Part shown: one piece after another, positions 1-9,199 of the stretch | Layout of the letters: each line of letters begins with the position of its first letter | How positions within the stretch are numbered: the stretch's first letter is position 1 | Program-made: the position numbers and the translations under genes | Origin: Candidatus Uhrbacteria bacterium | Lineage (GTDB): Bacteria > Patescibacteriota > Patescibacteriia > UBA9934 > GWF2-40-263 | Direction: 5' to 3' | NCBI GenBank assembly: GCA_016188495.1 | Contig: JACPHU010000009.1 | Location: 13,650 to 77,649, forward strand | DNA: 64,000 nt | Notes under the pieces: model-generated | Databases searched by the model: none | What the model was told of the DNA's origin: nothing | What the model saw: the letters and a program-made list of their open reading frames with translations, nothing else

Positions 1-1002
1 CCAGCTTAAGAAAGGAATAGATGTGGCGATATATTCTCTAAAACGGTTGATCGTTGTCGTTGTTTTGTCTTCAATCAAATCCCATTTATTTGCCACAACA
101 ATAACAGCTGAACCTGACTGCTTGAGAAGTCCTGCAAGTGTTTTTTCTTGTGTACCAATAGGTTCACTGATGTCGATGACTAAAATCGTGACATCGGCAA
201 ACTTGATCGCGTATTCATTTCGTTCCACGGCTGCCGCTTCCAACCCTCCTGATTTTCTTACTTTGCCTTGTTTGCGCATTCCAGCTGTGTCGATGAAAAT
301 ATAACGCTTGTCTCCCACACTGATGAGCATGTCATTTGGTTCACGGGTTGTGTGAGCGATAGGACTAGTGATGAAACGTTCCTCGCCTAAGATTGCATTA
401 AGGAGCGTTGATTTACCCACGTTTGGTTTTCCAATGACGGCGACCTTGATTCCTTCTGTTTCAACGGGATCGGTTGCTGGTTTGCCTATTTCTTCTAATT
501 TTTCGTAGACAACGTCCAAAAGATCTCCCACGCCTGTTCCACGGATCGCAGAGATAGGAAGCGGTTCAGAAAGTCCTGCAAATCGCCATTCCGCTTCCGT
601 GACGCTTAGTCGTTCAGAAAGTTTTTCCGCTTTGTTGGCAACGACAATAATAGGTTTCCCTGTTTTTTTTAAATAGGTTGCAAAGGCCTTTTCTTGAGGC
701 ATGGCTCCTGATTTTGAATCTACGACAAAGAGTAACAAATCGGCTCTTGCCACGGCCGCTTCGGATTGTTTGAGAATTTGTTTCTCCATTTCATCATTGA
801 GGTTTACATCCATTCCTCCTGTATCGATGAGTCTGATGACGCGTCCTCTCCAAAGACAATCTCCCTCGTTGCGGTCACGAGTGGTTCCAGCGACATGAGA
901 AACAAGCGCTTTTTGCGTTTCAAGAAGTCGGTTGAAAAGAGTTGATTTTCCTACGTTGGTCCTGCCGACAAGAGCGACAACGGGCGGTTGGAGAGAGTTC
1001 AT
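1..1002 (-). CDS. der: GTP-binding protein Der/EngA, N-terminal ~334 aa; the C-terminus runs past the window start
   Basis: Reverse-strand translation starts MNSLQPPVVALVGRTNVGKSTLFN at ~1002. A second G-domain P-loop (KVAVIGKPNVGKSTL) follows further in. This is the tandem-GTPase architecture typical of Der. Confidence 0.85.
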   Translation of the reverse strand, partial: MNSLQPPVVALVGRTNVGKSTLFNRLLETQKALVSHVAGTTRDRNEGDCLWRGRVIRLIDTGGMDVNLNDEMEKQILKQSEAAVARADLLLFVVDSKSGAMPQEKAFATYLKKTGKPIIVVANKAEKLSERLSVTEAEWRFAGLSEPLPISAIRGTGVGDLLDVVYEKLEEIGKPATDPVETEGIKVAVIGKPNVGKSTLLNAILGEERFITSPIAHTTREPNDMLISVGDKRYIFIDTAGMRKQGKVRKSGGLEAAAVERNEYAIKFADVTILVIDISEPIGTQEKTLAGLLKQSGSAVIVVANKWDLIEDKTTTTINRFREYIATSIPFLSW

Positions 1003-1048
1003 GTATCTATTCTAGATTGATTTAGGAAACAACACAAAAAACATTCAA

Positions 1049-1070
1049 AAATTCCGGCTTCCCGGAATTT
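1049..1070 (-). terminator. Rho-independent terminator for the LCP gene on the minus strand
   Basis: Palindrome aaattccgg-cttc-ccggaattt. On the minus strand it is followed by a T-run (ttttgaatgtttttt). Confidence 0.5.
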
Positions 1071-1082
1071 CTAGAGGATTTT

Positions 1083-2825
1083 TTAGTTTTTAGCAAGTGA
1101 TGATGCATTTTCTCCAAGGATAATTAAGAAATCCAAATCGTTCTGTGTCGCAAGATCTTCATAATCGTTGCTAGAGAAAGTGAGTTCTTTTGGCACAATA
1201 TCTCCACTAATCATCCATCCTGTGGCAGAAAGCGTAACGTCTGCCTGCAAATAATCGCGAAGCGCCTTTAATTCTTCTGTATGTTGGCCATTGGTGAGGT
1301 CATAAATGACCGTGTGCTCATATCCGCGGCTTGCCGCATTTCCGACTTTTACTACCTCAAATCCCTGGCCGTCTAATAATTGTGATGTTTTAAAGGCAAG
1401 TCCTGAAATATTCGTTCCATTTTGAATTTCAACCCGGATAAATCTCGGTTTTTCTTCAGAAGCTTTGGCAAAAGATGTGGTGAGATTTTCTTCTGGAGTA
1501 AAAATGTTTTCAGTAATATGTCGCAGCTCATACCAATCGTCGTTTTTTGGGAGAAGCACATACGCCCCGTTTACTACCGTTGCATAAAGAGGAGAGGATT
1601 CAGAAGCATCGATGACATGATGAGTCATTTCTGAACTGTTCATGTCTTTGAGTTCTTTGGCTAAGCGTAAAATTTCCCAGACGTCTAAATTGGTAGCGAC
1701 ATTGGCCTGAAGTGTTTCCATCATCTTGGTAATCCGTGAAGGATTCAACAGGGTGGAGGCGGAAAGAATTTTGTCTTTTGCCGCAAGAATGATTTTTTGT
1801 TGACGTTTCGATCGAGCAAAGTCAGATCCTTCGCCGTTGTTTCCATGACGCGATCTGGCAAATTTTAGTGCAGTGACTCCATCCAAGTGAGTCCAACCTT
1901 CTTGGAAGGTGAGTGTTTCATAACGACAGGAATAATCTGGACCCAGCTGAGGCTTGATTTGTTCTACGGTTGCTTCTGTCGAGGAGGGTTGATCAGTTGT
2001 TGTTGGTTGAGTGGTTGTACTTGGTTCTGGTGTTTGTTGGACCGTTAGTTGCGTATCAGTGGGGGAGTTGAGAGTTGCAGATGCTTCCGTCGGTTCTGCT
2101 GCAGATTCCACAAACCCACAGGTGTCATATTCTTTTCCTGGCGTTGGATAGTTGTAGTCGCTAAAGCTTTGATCCACATACACATCAACACCTCCGATCG
2201 CATCTACAAATTCAGCGAAACCATCAAAATCGACGCGAACGTAGTAATTGATTTCTTCATCTAGCACGTCTCCGATGACCTGCGAAGCAAGCGCGGGTCC
2301 GGCTCCAGGTTCATTCATCTCGCCATAGGCATTGGCATGATTTACCTTTCGGTACCCGTATCCAGGAATAGGAACAGTCATATCTCGCGGGAGCGACATC
2401 ATGGCCAAGGATCCATCGGAAGGGCGGTAGCTGGTAAAAATAATGGTGTCGCTCAGCTGTGGCCCATCATGACCCTCTCCTCCAATTCCCATAAGCAAAA
2501 GATTCACACGGTCGTTTTCCTCTCCTTGAAGTTTGCGTTCATCGGAGGAGACAAAATGTTTGAGAGTGGAAAGAAACGAGATATTTGGAAAACTCCCCGT
2601 ACTGTCCGATGTAGAGTCTACTTGGTACGAAAAGACGGTTCCTGCTGTTGCCGCAATAATGACAATAATCGCAAGAGTGCGTCCAAAAAAAAGAACCGGC
2701 GATCGCCTTGAGGCGCGCAGGTGATGTTTTTCTTTCAAGAAATCAATTTGTGGTTTTTCCATAACTCCTCGGACATCATTGTATCGAGAATGGCTTCTTG
2801 GTTCAAGGATAGCATAGGTTTCCAT
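1083..2825 (-). CDS. LytR-CpsA-Psr (LCP) family cell-envelope polymer transferase with a C-terminal extension
   Basis: 580-aa ORF with an N-terminal TM segment. LCP core LLLMGIGGEGHDGPQLSDTIIFTSY...MMSLPRDMTVPIPGYGYRKVNHANAYGE...YYVRVDFDGFAEFVDAIGGVDV. Confidence 0.8.
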   Translation of the reverse strand: METYAILEPRSHSRYNDVRGVMEKPQIDFLKEKHHLRASRRSPVLFFGRTLAIIVIIAATAGTVFSYQVDSTSDSTGSFPNISFLSTLKHFVSSDERKLQGEENDRVNLLLMGIGGEGHDGPQLSDTIIFTSYRPSDGSLAMMSLPRDMTVPIPGYGYRKVNHANAYGEMNEPGAGPALASQVIGDVLDEEINYYVRVDFDGFAEFVDAIGGVDVYVDQSFSDYNYPTPGKEYDTCGFVESAAEPTEASATLNSPTDTQLTVQQTPEPSTTTQPTTTDQPSSTEATVEQIKPQLGPDYSCRYETLTFQEGWTHLDGVTALKFARSRHGNNGEGSDFARSKRQQKIILAAKDKILSASTLLNPSRITKMMETLQANVATNLDVWEILRLAKELKDMNSSEMTHHVIDASESSPLYATVVNGAYVLLPKNDDWYELRHITENIFTPEENLTTSFAKASEEKPRFIRVEIQNGTNISGLAFKTSQLLDGQGFEVVKVGNAASRGYEHTVIYDLTNGQHTEELKALRDYLQADVTLSATGWMISGDIVPKELTFSSNDYEDLATQNDLDFLIILGENASSLAKN

Positions 2826-2872
2826 TGAAGCGCTTGAAATCTAAAATTTTTCATGATACGTTTCGCTCATTG

Positions 2873-2949
2873 GGGCGTGTAGCTCAGTTGGTTACCCGCC
2901 CGACTGAACGACGAGGATTTCTGTTCAGTCGTTCGGGCGGGGAGCGCTA
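2873..2949 (+). pseudogene. tRNA-Val 5' fragment (first ~22 nt plus D-stem return) interrupted by a 47-nt palindromic insert; not a foldable tRNA
   Basis: gggcgtgtagctcagttggtta matches positions 1-22 of the downstream tRNA-Val with one mismatch. It is followed by the hairpin cccgcccga...tcgggcggg (inner stem ctgaac/gttcag), then gagcgct. No anticodon or T arm follows. Confidence 0.55.
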
Positions 2950-2988
2950 TTTCGTATGTGAATACTTAAAGAGAGTCAAAAGATTTAT

Positions 2989-3065
2989 GGGCGTGTAGCT
3001 CAGCTGGTTAGAGCGCTGTCCTCACACGACAGAGGTCAGAGGTTCGAGCCCTCTCACGCCCACCA
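2989..3065 (+). tRNA. tRNA-Val (anticodon CAC)
   Basis: Cloverleaf: acceptor gggcgtg/cacgccc, D arm gctc-agctggtta-gagc, anticodon stem ctgtc/gacag with loop cTCACac, T arm agagg-ttcgagc-cctct, encoded CCA. Confidence 0.9.
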
Positions 3066-3066
3066 C

Positions 3067-3100
3067 ACAAAACACCGAAGTACTTCGGTGTTTTGTGTTT
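3067..3100. terminator. Rho-independent terminator after tRNA-Val; also lies downstream of the minus-strand REC gene
   Basis: 13-bp stem acaaaacaccgaag/cttcggtgttttgt followed by a T-run. Confidence 0.7.
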
Positions 3101-3196
3101 AGAGTATTCTTGTGAAATTTTCAGAATAAAGAAAAACGGTAAACGTGATTGAGGAATATTCCTCTCTACGTTACCGTCGCGTGTGTTGTATGGGGT

Positions 3197-3541
3197 CTAC
3201 TTGTTGGTGCCAAGGACTTCTTCGATTTTTGGGAGCAGATCCTCATTTAAGGATTCCTTATTTACAAATGGAACCCCATTCATTTCTTCTGTCGACAGAA
3301 CAATGGTTTTTACACCATCTGCTTGTAATTGTGCGGCCCATTTATGGCCGTCATGCCTGTCTTGGATACTTCCGTCGCATAGCACAAGATCGATTTCCCG
3401 ATCGTGTGCTTCGTGGTGACGTTTAGCTTGAGCCAAGTTATTGAAGAGGATGACTTCATAACCAGCTTCGGTCAGCAGTTCTCCTATCAACTCGCTCAAT
3501 ATTTTCAGGTCATCTACATAAAGGATAGATGCTTTGGTCAT
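3197..3541 (-). CDS. Stand-alone response-regulator receiver (REC) domain protein
   Basis: 114 aa with YVDDLKI (acidic pair), DLVLCDGS (phospho-acceptor Asp position), IVLST, and a conserved Lys near the C-terminus. No output domain. Confidence 0.6.
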   Translation of the reverse strand: MTKASILYVDDLKILSELIGELLTEAGYEVILFNNLAQAKRHHEAHDREIDLVLCDGSIQDRHDGHKWAAQLQADGVKTIVLSTEEMNGVPFVNKESLNEDLLPKIEEVLGTNK

Positions 3542-3664
3542 TTTTTCCCTTTCTTTGCAGATTCTTTAATAGCCTGACGTTTTTTTACTTTGATGTCAAT
3601 GTCGATTTATTGATAATAACTAGATTCTTTGATACGCTAGGAACGATTTTATTACTCTAAAATT

Positions 3665-4273
3665 ATGCAAAATCGGTTTTCTGCGTTTGAAGATAAATTG
3701 TATCAACGTTTTGGTCCGGTTGGGGGAGCGGTTGCATCCTTCTTTGTCGAGGTTATCCAGATCGTTCTTCTCTCCAGTGCCATCATCATTCCGATTCGTT
3801 ACTTCCTGATTCAGCCTTTTTATGTCAAAGGCGCTTCCATGGAACCGAACTTTTACGACCATGAGTACCTTATTATTGATGAATTGAGCTTCCGATTTCG
3901 TGAGCCAGTTCGTGGAGAAATTGTGGTTTTTCGCTACCCACGTGACCCAAGCCAGTTTTTCATTAAACGAGTCATTGGTTTACCTGGGGAAACAGTTGAA
4001 GTGACTGACGGGAATATCATTATTTACAATGCAGAACACCCAAACGGATTAACCCTTGAAGAAGATTATTTGGGCGATGAGCAAACCAATGGAAAAGAAC
4101 GAGTGACATTAGGCGAGAATGAATATTTTGTCTTTGGAGACAATCGAGATGCCTCTTTGGATTCTCGAAGTTTTGGACCTGTTACCCGCAAAGATCTGAT
4201 CGGACGTGTCTGGGTCAGAGGCCTGCCTTTTTCTCGAATGGGAACGTTTGAGGCCCCTGATTATAACCTTTAG
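3665..4273 (+). CDS. lepB: Signal peptidase I (S26 family)
   Basis: N-terminal TM, catalytic GASMEPNF (Ser), FIKRVIGLPGE (Lys), and YFVFGDNRDASLDSR box E. Confidence 0.88.
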   Translation: MQNRFSAFEDKLYQRFGPVGGAVASFFVEVIQIVLLSSAIIIPIRYFLIQPFYVKGASMEPNFYDHEYLIIDELSFRFREPVRGEIVVFRYPRDPSQFFIKRVIGLPGETVEVTDGNIIIYNAEHPNGLTLEEDYLGDEQTNGKERVTLGENEYFVFGDNRDASLDSRSFGPVTRKDLIGRVWVRGLPFSRMGTFEAPDYNL

Positions 4274-4309
4274 AGATCTCTTTAATCTGCTTTAACCGTG
4301 TGAAACCCT

Positions 4310-5725
4310 ATGCCACTTAAAAAAGAAAAACCTGTTCCGCCCAAGAAAATCACTAAACCTGTGGTAGAAAAGGTGGTAGAAAAGAAAGAGAAAGACGAGG
4401 AAGAAGGAGGAAAATCTTCCAAGACGTTTGAACTTTTGCGTGGATTTCGAGACATTTTGCCTGAAGAACAAGGAAGATGGAACTTAGTACGCGACACTGT
4501 TCGCTCTATTGCAGAATCCTATAGTTTTGATCGTATTGATCTTCCTATTTTGGAACGTTCTGATTTATTTCAAAAAACGGTTGGAAAAGCTACGGATATT
4601 GTTGAAAAGGAAATGTATGTTTTTACAGATCCTTCCAATCGTTCTGTTGCCTTGCGACCTGAGGCAACGGCCTCTGCGGCGCGAGCGTATATCAGCCACG
4701 GCATGTTAGACCGTCCGCAACCGGTGAAGATGTGGTATGTGGGACCTATGTTCAGACACGATCGTCCTCAAGCTGGTCGTTATCGACAATTTTATCAAGC
4801 AGGGTTTGAAAGTTTTGGAGTGGACGAACCGATTGTGGATGCCCAGCTGATCGTGTTGGGAGCACAAATTTTTCGTGAACTCGGGTTGGATATCAAAGTG
4901 GAAATCAATTCGATCGGTACCCCAGAGTGCCGACAGGCTTATTTAGCAGAATTAACTTCCTACTTCCGTCCGCATCGCAATAAGTTGTCTGAGGATGACA
5001 AGCGCCGTTTACAAAAGAATCCATTGCGAATTCTTGATAGCAAAGAAGAAGCGACACTTGAATTGCTTCAAGGCGCTCCGCAAATTCTTGATTGGTTGGA
5101 TGATAAATCCAAAGAGCATTTCATGAAGGTCTTGGAGTTTTTGGAAGAGGTTGAAATTCCTTACGTGCTCAATCCTCATTTGGTTCGCGGGCTCGATTAT
5201 TACACTCATACCGTATTTGAATTCGTTTTGGCACAAGACGAAGGCGATAAATCGCAAAGCGCTCTTGGCGGGGGAGGACGCTACGATGGGTTAATCCAAC
5301 TCTTGGGTGGCCGACCCACCCCTGGATGCGGATTTGCGTTGGGATTAGAGCGTATCGTTCGTGCGTTGGATGCCAAGGGGGTCAATCCGCCTGAGCGCTC
5401 AAAGCCTTCCGTCTTTTTTGCTCAACTGGGAGACGCAGCCCGACGTGTCGGTTTGAAACTGTTTGAAGAGTTTCGACGCGCAGGCGTTCCTGTTGTAGAA
5501 GCGTTTGGAAAGAGCGCTCTAAAAGGCCAACTTGAATCGGCAAACAAGCTTGGTGTTCAATTAACCCTGATTCTTGGACAAAAAGAGGTGTTAGACGGAA
5601 CCATTATCATTCGCGATATGGAATCCGGTGCTCAAGAGATTGTCGATGTCAAAAAAGTCGTTCAGATTGTGAAAAAGAAACTTCACAAAGAACCTGCTCC
5701 TGCTGAAGCGCCTGTTTCAGAATAA
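4310..5725 (+). CDS. hisS: Histidine--tRNA ligase with a ~40-aa Lys/Glu-rich N-terminal extension
   Basis: Class II aaRS motifs GFRDILPEE, RPEATASAARAY, MWYVGPMFRHDRPQAGRYRQFYQAG and GGGRYDGL, plus a C-terminal anticodon-binding domain. Confidence 0.9.
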   Translation: MPLKKEKPVPPKKITKPVVEKVVEKKEKDEEEGGKSSKTFELLRGFRDILPEEQGRWNLVRDTVRSIAESYSFDRIDLPILERSDLFQKTVGKATDIVEKEMYVFTDPSNRSVALRPEATASAARAYISHGMLDRPQPVKMWYVGPMFRHDRPQAGRYRQFYQAGFESFGVDEPIVDAQLIVLGAQIFRELGLDIKVEINSIGTPECRQAYLAELTSYFRPHRNKLSEDDKRRLQKNPLRILDSKEEATLELLQGAPQILDWLDDKSKEHFMKVLEFLEEVEIPYVLNPHLVRGLDYYTHTVFEFVLAQDEGDKSQSALGGGGRYDGLIQLLGGRPTPGCGFALGLERIVRALDAKGVNPPERSKPSVFFAQLGDAARRVGLKLFEEFRRAGVPVVEAFGKSALKGQLESANKLGVQLTLILGQKEVLDGTIIIRDMESGAQEIVDVKKVVQIVKKKLHKEPAPAEAPVSE

Positions 5726-5747
5726 TGATCGAAATTTAACAAGTTTT

Positions 5748-5780
5748 TAAAACCTCCTAATGAAAATTAGGAGGTTTTTG
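5748..5780 (+). terminator. Rho-independent terminator after hisS
   Basis: aaacctcctaa-tgaaa-ttaggaggttt followed by ttttt. Confidence 0.7.
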
Positions 5781-5879
5781 ATTGACAAAAAGTGTATTTT
5801 CACTTAGTCTCCAGTGTTCGTGAATATCCAATTTACGGCATTATTTCTTTGTTTTATTTGATTAAGGAGGAAGAAAGAC

Positions 5880-6980
5880 ATGAATAAACGGCTTGAAGGT
5901 GCGTGGTTTCATGATTTTGAACCGATAACGGTTGTATTGCGAAGAGAAAAGAAAGAAGATTTTTCTTGTATTGCAACCCCTGTTCTTTTTAGCGGTTTCC
6001 CTTCATCAGAAGAAGCTGGATTCGGCCTGCGATTCAAGTCTTTTGAACAGGTTGAGTTTCCTCGGGATGCCTTTCATAGTGAAGATCGTGGATTGTATCT
6101 TTGTTCCAATGTGAGTCCTCACGATCTCTTCGCTTTTTGGCGAGCTTGCCAGTTGCTTCCAAAATGTACGTTTCTTGATTCGGGAATCGTTCAGCTTCAT
6201 TTGTTTGATGTCACACAACGATCACCGCGTTTTGTTGAGGAGTATTCAAAAAAAACCGTAAACGAAACATTGGTCGGTGGGCAACAGAATCTTGATACGA
6301 TTATGCAGACACCTGTTCCTGATTGGCTGGTTGATAAGCTCATTGAGCTTTGGTCTGTAAATGGATCGAGTCCCTTTCATCATTGCGTTAGGGAAGAGGT
6401 TCGTGCGGGCCTTCTTGCTTGGCGAAAAGAGTTTGATACTTTGGGGATTTTGTCCCCAAAGGAGTTTGATCGTCTCAATGATCTTTGGGAAGAAGTGCGT
6501 CCGCAGTATCTTCCTGTCATGCGTCAGATGGTAGACGTCGTGGGTGGATGGGAAGTCTTTTATGTCCATTCTGATGAAAAAATTGCGTTGTCAAAGCAGC
6601 GTGAGGCATTGCTCAAGCTTTATGAAGCAGGGGCTCACCAAAAGTACGGATTGTATGCCACAGCCGCTGCGGCGTTCATTGCCAGCGAACGGGTAGATGA
6701 AGATCTTTTGGAAACGTTCACGGGCTATATGATTCCACCCTTGTACACGGCTCGTCGGTACGATCGGAAGGAGAATCACTATCTTCATCAGACTTCTGCT
6801 TGGGTGGCAAAGAAGGAACGTAAAGGGAAGCCATACAACCCGGATCAGGTTTTGATGGCTCGGGAAAAAATTGTTGAGATTCTTCAACAGTATTTTCCAG
6901 GTCTTACTCACGAACAAAAGATCGAGAAAGTTTTGAAAGAACGGTTTGGTTTTGATCTGAAAAAGAACAAAAGTTCATAA
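5880..6980 (+). CDS. Hypothetical protein (366 aa), no recognisable domain
   Basis: Long ORF preceded by a strong SD, aaggaggaagaaagac-ATG. No motifs recognised. Confidence 0.6.
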   Translation: MNKRLEGAWFHDFEPITVVLRREKKEDFSCIATPVLFSGFPSSEEAGFGLRFKSFEQVEFPRDAFHSEDRGLYLCSNVSPHDLFAFWRACQLLPKCTFLDSGIVQLHLFDVTQRSPRFVEEYSKKTVNETLVGGQQNLDTIMQTPVPDWLVDKLIELWSVNGSSPFHHCVREEVRAGLLAWRKEFDTLGILSPKEFDRLNDLWEEVRPQYLPVMRQMVDVVGGWEVFYVHSDEKIALSKQREALLKLYEAGAHQKYGLYATAAAAFIASERVDEDLLETFTGYMIPPLYTARRYDRKENHYLHQTSAWVAKKERKGKPYNPDQVLMAREKIVEILQQYFPGLTHEQKIEKVLKERFGFDLKKNKSS

Positions 6981-6987
6981 TCCTGCT

Positions 6988-7013
6988 AAACGACTTATTA
7001 TAGTCGTTTTTTT
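6988..7013 (+). terminator. Rho-independent terminator
   Basis: aaacgact-tattat-agtcgttt followed by ttttt. Confidence 0.65.
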
Positions 7014-7046
7014 CTTATAAAAATTATTTAAATAATGTCATAATAT

Positions 7047-7075
7047 ATTGACAAAACGTTCATTTTATGGTATAT
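7047..7075 (+). promoter_or_regulatory. Consensus sigma-70-type promoter (TTGACA-17-TATATT) for the Usp-like/CDF operon
   Basis: ttgaca aaacgttcattttatgg tatatt read directly; ~80 nt upstream of ATG 7155, which has SD aaaaggagag. Confidence 0.6.
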
Positions 7076-7154
7076 TTTTCGGTTCCCAAAATGATATTTC
7101 TCGTTGTATTTTTTGTTTTTTTTGGGTTTGTTCCTTACATGAAAAGGAGAGAAA

Positions 7155-7820
7155 ATGTCCGCATCAGACTTTTCAGTCGTTTATAAGCCGATGCTATATG
7201 GACCCGTTGGAGAAAGGCTTGCCTTCGTTTCGGAACAAATCGTTTCGAAGGTCTCATCTCGTTTTTCAGCGGTCTCCTTTGCGGGATCGTGCGAACAACT
7301 CCCTTGTCCTGGTAATGCTCTGTTGGTTCTGGATCGGCCTTGCCAGAGGCGGGATGTCCATGTTCTCCTGCCGATGGAGTCCAATAAACTCAAGGTGGAG
7401 CATGGGCGATGCGTTCTGATCCCCTTTGGTAGCGGAGATTCCAGTCTGCACGCCGCACAGGTGGGGGTACGGCTGGCAGCGGATTTTCGCCTTCGTGTGA
7501 TTTTTTACCACACGACCTGGCGCAAGCCTGGACTGGAGAGTGAAGATGGATGGAGTCATCTGAGCGATGGCGCCCGCTCCAATGCAAGTAAGTTCAAGGA
7601 ACTTGCTATGGGGCGGGGATTGACTCACGGTGTTTTTATCGAGATCGCTGCCCCTACCGTGAAACACGGGATCATTGGGGCGGCATTGCAGAAACAGGCG
7701 ACCATGATCGTGGTGGCGCGGGGAAGCGAGATTCGCAAGGGGTCCTATGTTGACCAACTTGCCGTGATGTCCCCGGTGCCCCTGTTTATCGTGGCCGATT
7801 CAAAGAAGAAGGAGAGTTGA
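7155..7820 (+). CDS. Universal stress protein (UspA)-like alpha/beta domain protein
   Basis: 221 aa with Usp-like segments VLIPFGSGDSSLHAAQVGVRLAA...IVVARGS...GSYVDQLAVMSPVPLFIV. GC-rich relative to flanks. Confidence 0.5.
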   Translation: MSASDFSVVYKPMLYGPVGERLAFVSEQIVSKVSSRFSAVSFAGSCEQLPCPGNALLVLDRPCQRRDVHVLLPMESNKLKVEHGRCVLIPFGSGDSSLHAAQVGVRLAADFRLRVIFYHTTWRKPGLESEDGWSHLSDGARSNASKFKELAMGRGLTHGVFIEIAAPTVKHGIIGAALQKQATMIVVARGSEIRKGSYVDQLAVMSPVPLFIVADSKKKES

Positions 7821-7821
7821 G

Positions 7822-9042
7822 ATGAGGCAAAAGATCAAGGCGTTTTTGCTGTCAGCGTACGGCCCTATGGCAGCAGTTGTGGCCATGTATAGCGTAAAGG
7901 GCCCTGTCAAGATTTGGGTAGGTCACGCAGCTGGCCTTACGGCGATCGTCGCCGACGGTTATCACAATGAATCTGATTTCACACAAGGTCTGCTGGCGAT
8001 GTGGCTTATCCGCCTGATCGCTGCGGCTGCAACGCGTGAATTCCCTCTGGGAAAGAAAAACCTGGCGAGCTTGTTCAAGGTGTTTGTCGGAGTATGTCTG
8101 GGATATCTGGCGATCACCGCCGGGTTTCAGAGCCTTCAGACGCTTTGGGACGTCTGTATCAATCACGGGAGTTTTCCGCTCAGGTTTTCGCAGGAGTATG
8201 CTCCCATCGCTTTGATCGTCGCGATGGTGAGCGTGGCTCTTTCCATACCTGTGAGCGAATACCAGATTCGCACAGGTGAACGCCTCAATAACGGCATTCT
8301 CATTGCCGATGGCAAAGAGACCCGCAGTGACGCCATTTTGGAAGTCGTGATTGTGGCAGGGATTCTGGGCCAGATGATCGGTGGCTGGGCGTGGATCGAA
8401 TATCCGTTGACCCTGGTCGTCTGCGTGTTCATGATCCAAACCGCTCGCGAGCTCATTGCCGATGGACTGGATGCGCTCCTGCAGCGTTCCATCGGCGAGG
8501 AACATGAGAATGCCATACAGGAAATTGTTAAGGACATGTATGGTGTTCAAGGTGTAGATCAGATTATCACCTTCAAAATCGGGCCCATGGTCATTCTCAT
8601 CATGAAGGTTCTCAGCCGTCATGGGGCCGAGGTTACCGACATCATGAAAAAGGCTATGGCCATGCCCCTGGCTCGTTATCTTGGCAAACAGGGGTTCGAG
8701 GATGGAAAATTCTTCATTCGGTTCGCTCAACCTGACCCCGATGCTCGTCGTCGGGCCGTGGCGATCGAACGAACCAATGGTATCAGTCGTGTTGCTCGCC
8801 GTGTGGGTGAAGCAACTCATATAGCCATTTGTGATATCGAGCACGACCGAGTCGTTCGCGATCCGGTCGAGGATGTTCATCGTCTTAATCCGGCACAGAT
8901 CGCTGAGTTTCTGGCACAGAAGAACGTTCGAGAGATCGTTTTGTCTGAATCTCCAATGGATTCGATGAGAAAAAAGTTTCGCGAGTTTGGTATCGAGATC
9001 GTGTGTGGTCCTTCCACAGATCTTTCTGTCTATGAACTTTAG
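7822..9042 (+). CDS. Cation diffusion facilitator (CDF) transporter with an extra C-terminal NifB/NifX-like (dinitrogenase FeMo-cofactor-binding fold) domain
   Basis: Six predicted TMs with the CDF metal-site pattern VADGYHNESD (TM2) and IADGKETRSD (TM5). Then a cytoplasmic CTD plus a ~110-aa tail IAICDIEHDRVV...NPAQIAEFLAQKNVREIVLSE...FGIEIVCG. Confidence 0.65.
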   Translation: MRQKIKAFLLSAYGPMAAVVAMYSVKGPVKIWVGHAAGLTAIVADGYHNESDFTQGLLAMWLIRLIAAAATREFPLGKKNLASLFKVFVGVCLGYLAITAGFQSLQTLWDVCINHGSFPLRFSQEYAPIALIVAMVSVALSIPVSEYQIRTGERLNNGILIADGKETRSDAILEVVIVAGILGQMIGGWAWIEYPLTLVVCVFMIQTARELIADGLDALLQRSIGEEHENAIQEIVKDMYGVQGVDQIITFKIGPMVILIMKVLSRHGAEVTDIMKKAMAMPLARYLGKQGFEDGKFFIRFAQPDPDARRRAVAIERTNGISRVARRVGEATHIAICDIEHDRVVRDPVEDVHRLNPAQIAEFLAQKNVREIVLSESPMDSMRKKFREFGIEIVCGPSTDLSVYEL

Positions 9043-9052
9043 GAGGTTTGTT

Positions 9053-9193
9053 ATGACATCGTGGCAGACGCAAGGTCAGTACGAATATGAGTACGACCAG
9101 AATGGCTATACCGGATGGTGCCGTTGTGTCCAAGGTCGTATGGCTGATGGCTACTGGCCGGAGTGGAACAACACTACCGGCGAAACACGTTAA
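9053..9193 (+). CDS. Small hypothetical protein (46 aa, Tyr/Trp/Cys-rich)
   Basis: ORF preceded by SD aggagg 7 nt upstream. Ends just before a terminator. Confidence 0.3.
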   Translation: MTSWQTQGQYEYEYDQNGYTGWCRCVQGRMADGYWPEWNNTTGETR

Positions 9194-9199
9194 GTTTCT

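Noticed and set aside
2873-2949. Possibility that the first tRNA-like sequence is a functional intron-containing tRNA
   Set aside because: After the 47-nt insert only the D-stem return (gagcgct) is present. No anticodon stem, T arm or acceptor 3' strand can be found, so it cannot fold as a tRNA.
7852-8880. 342-aa minus-strand ORF antisense to the CDF transporter gene; also 7266-7757 and 8163-8537 minus-strand ORFs
   Set aside because: The GC-rich islet generates long stop-free antisense frames. The plus-strand frame carries the specific CDF and Usp motifs, while the antisense translations are low-complexity (Arg/His/Gly-rich) without motifs.
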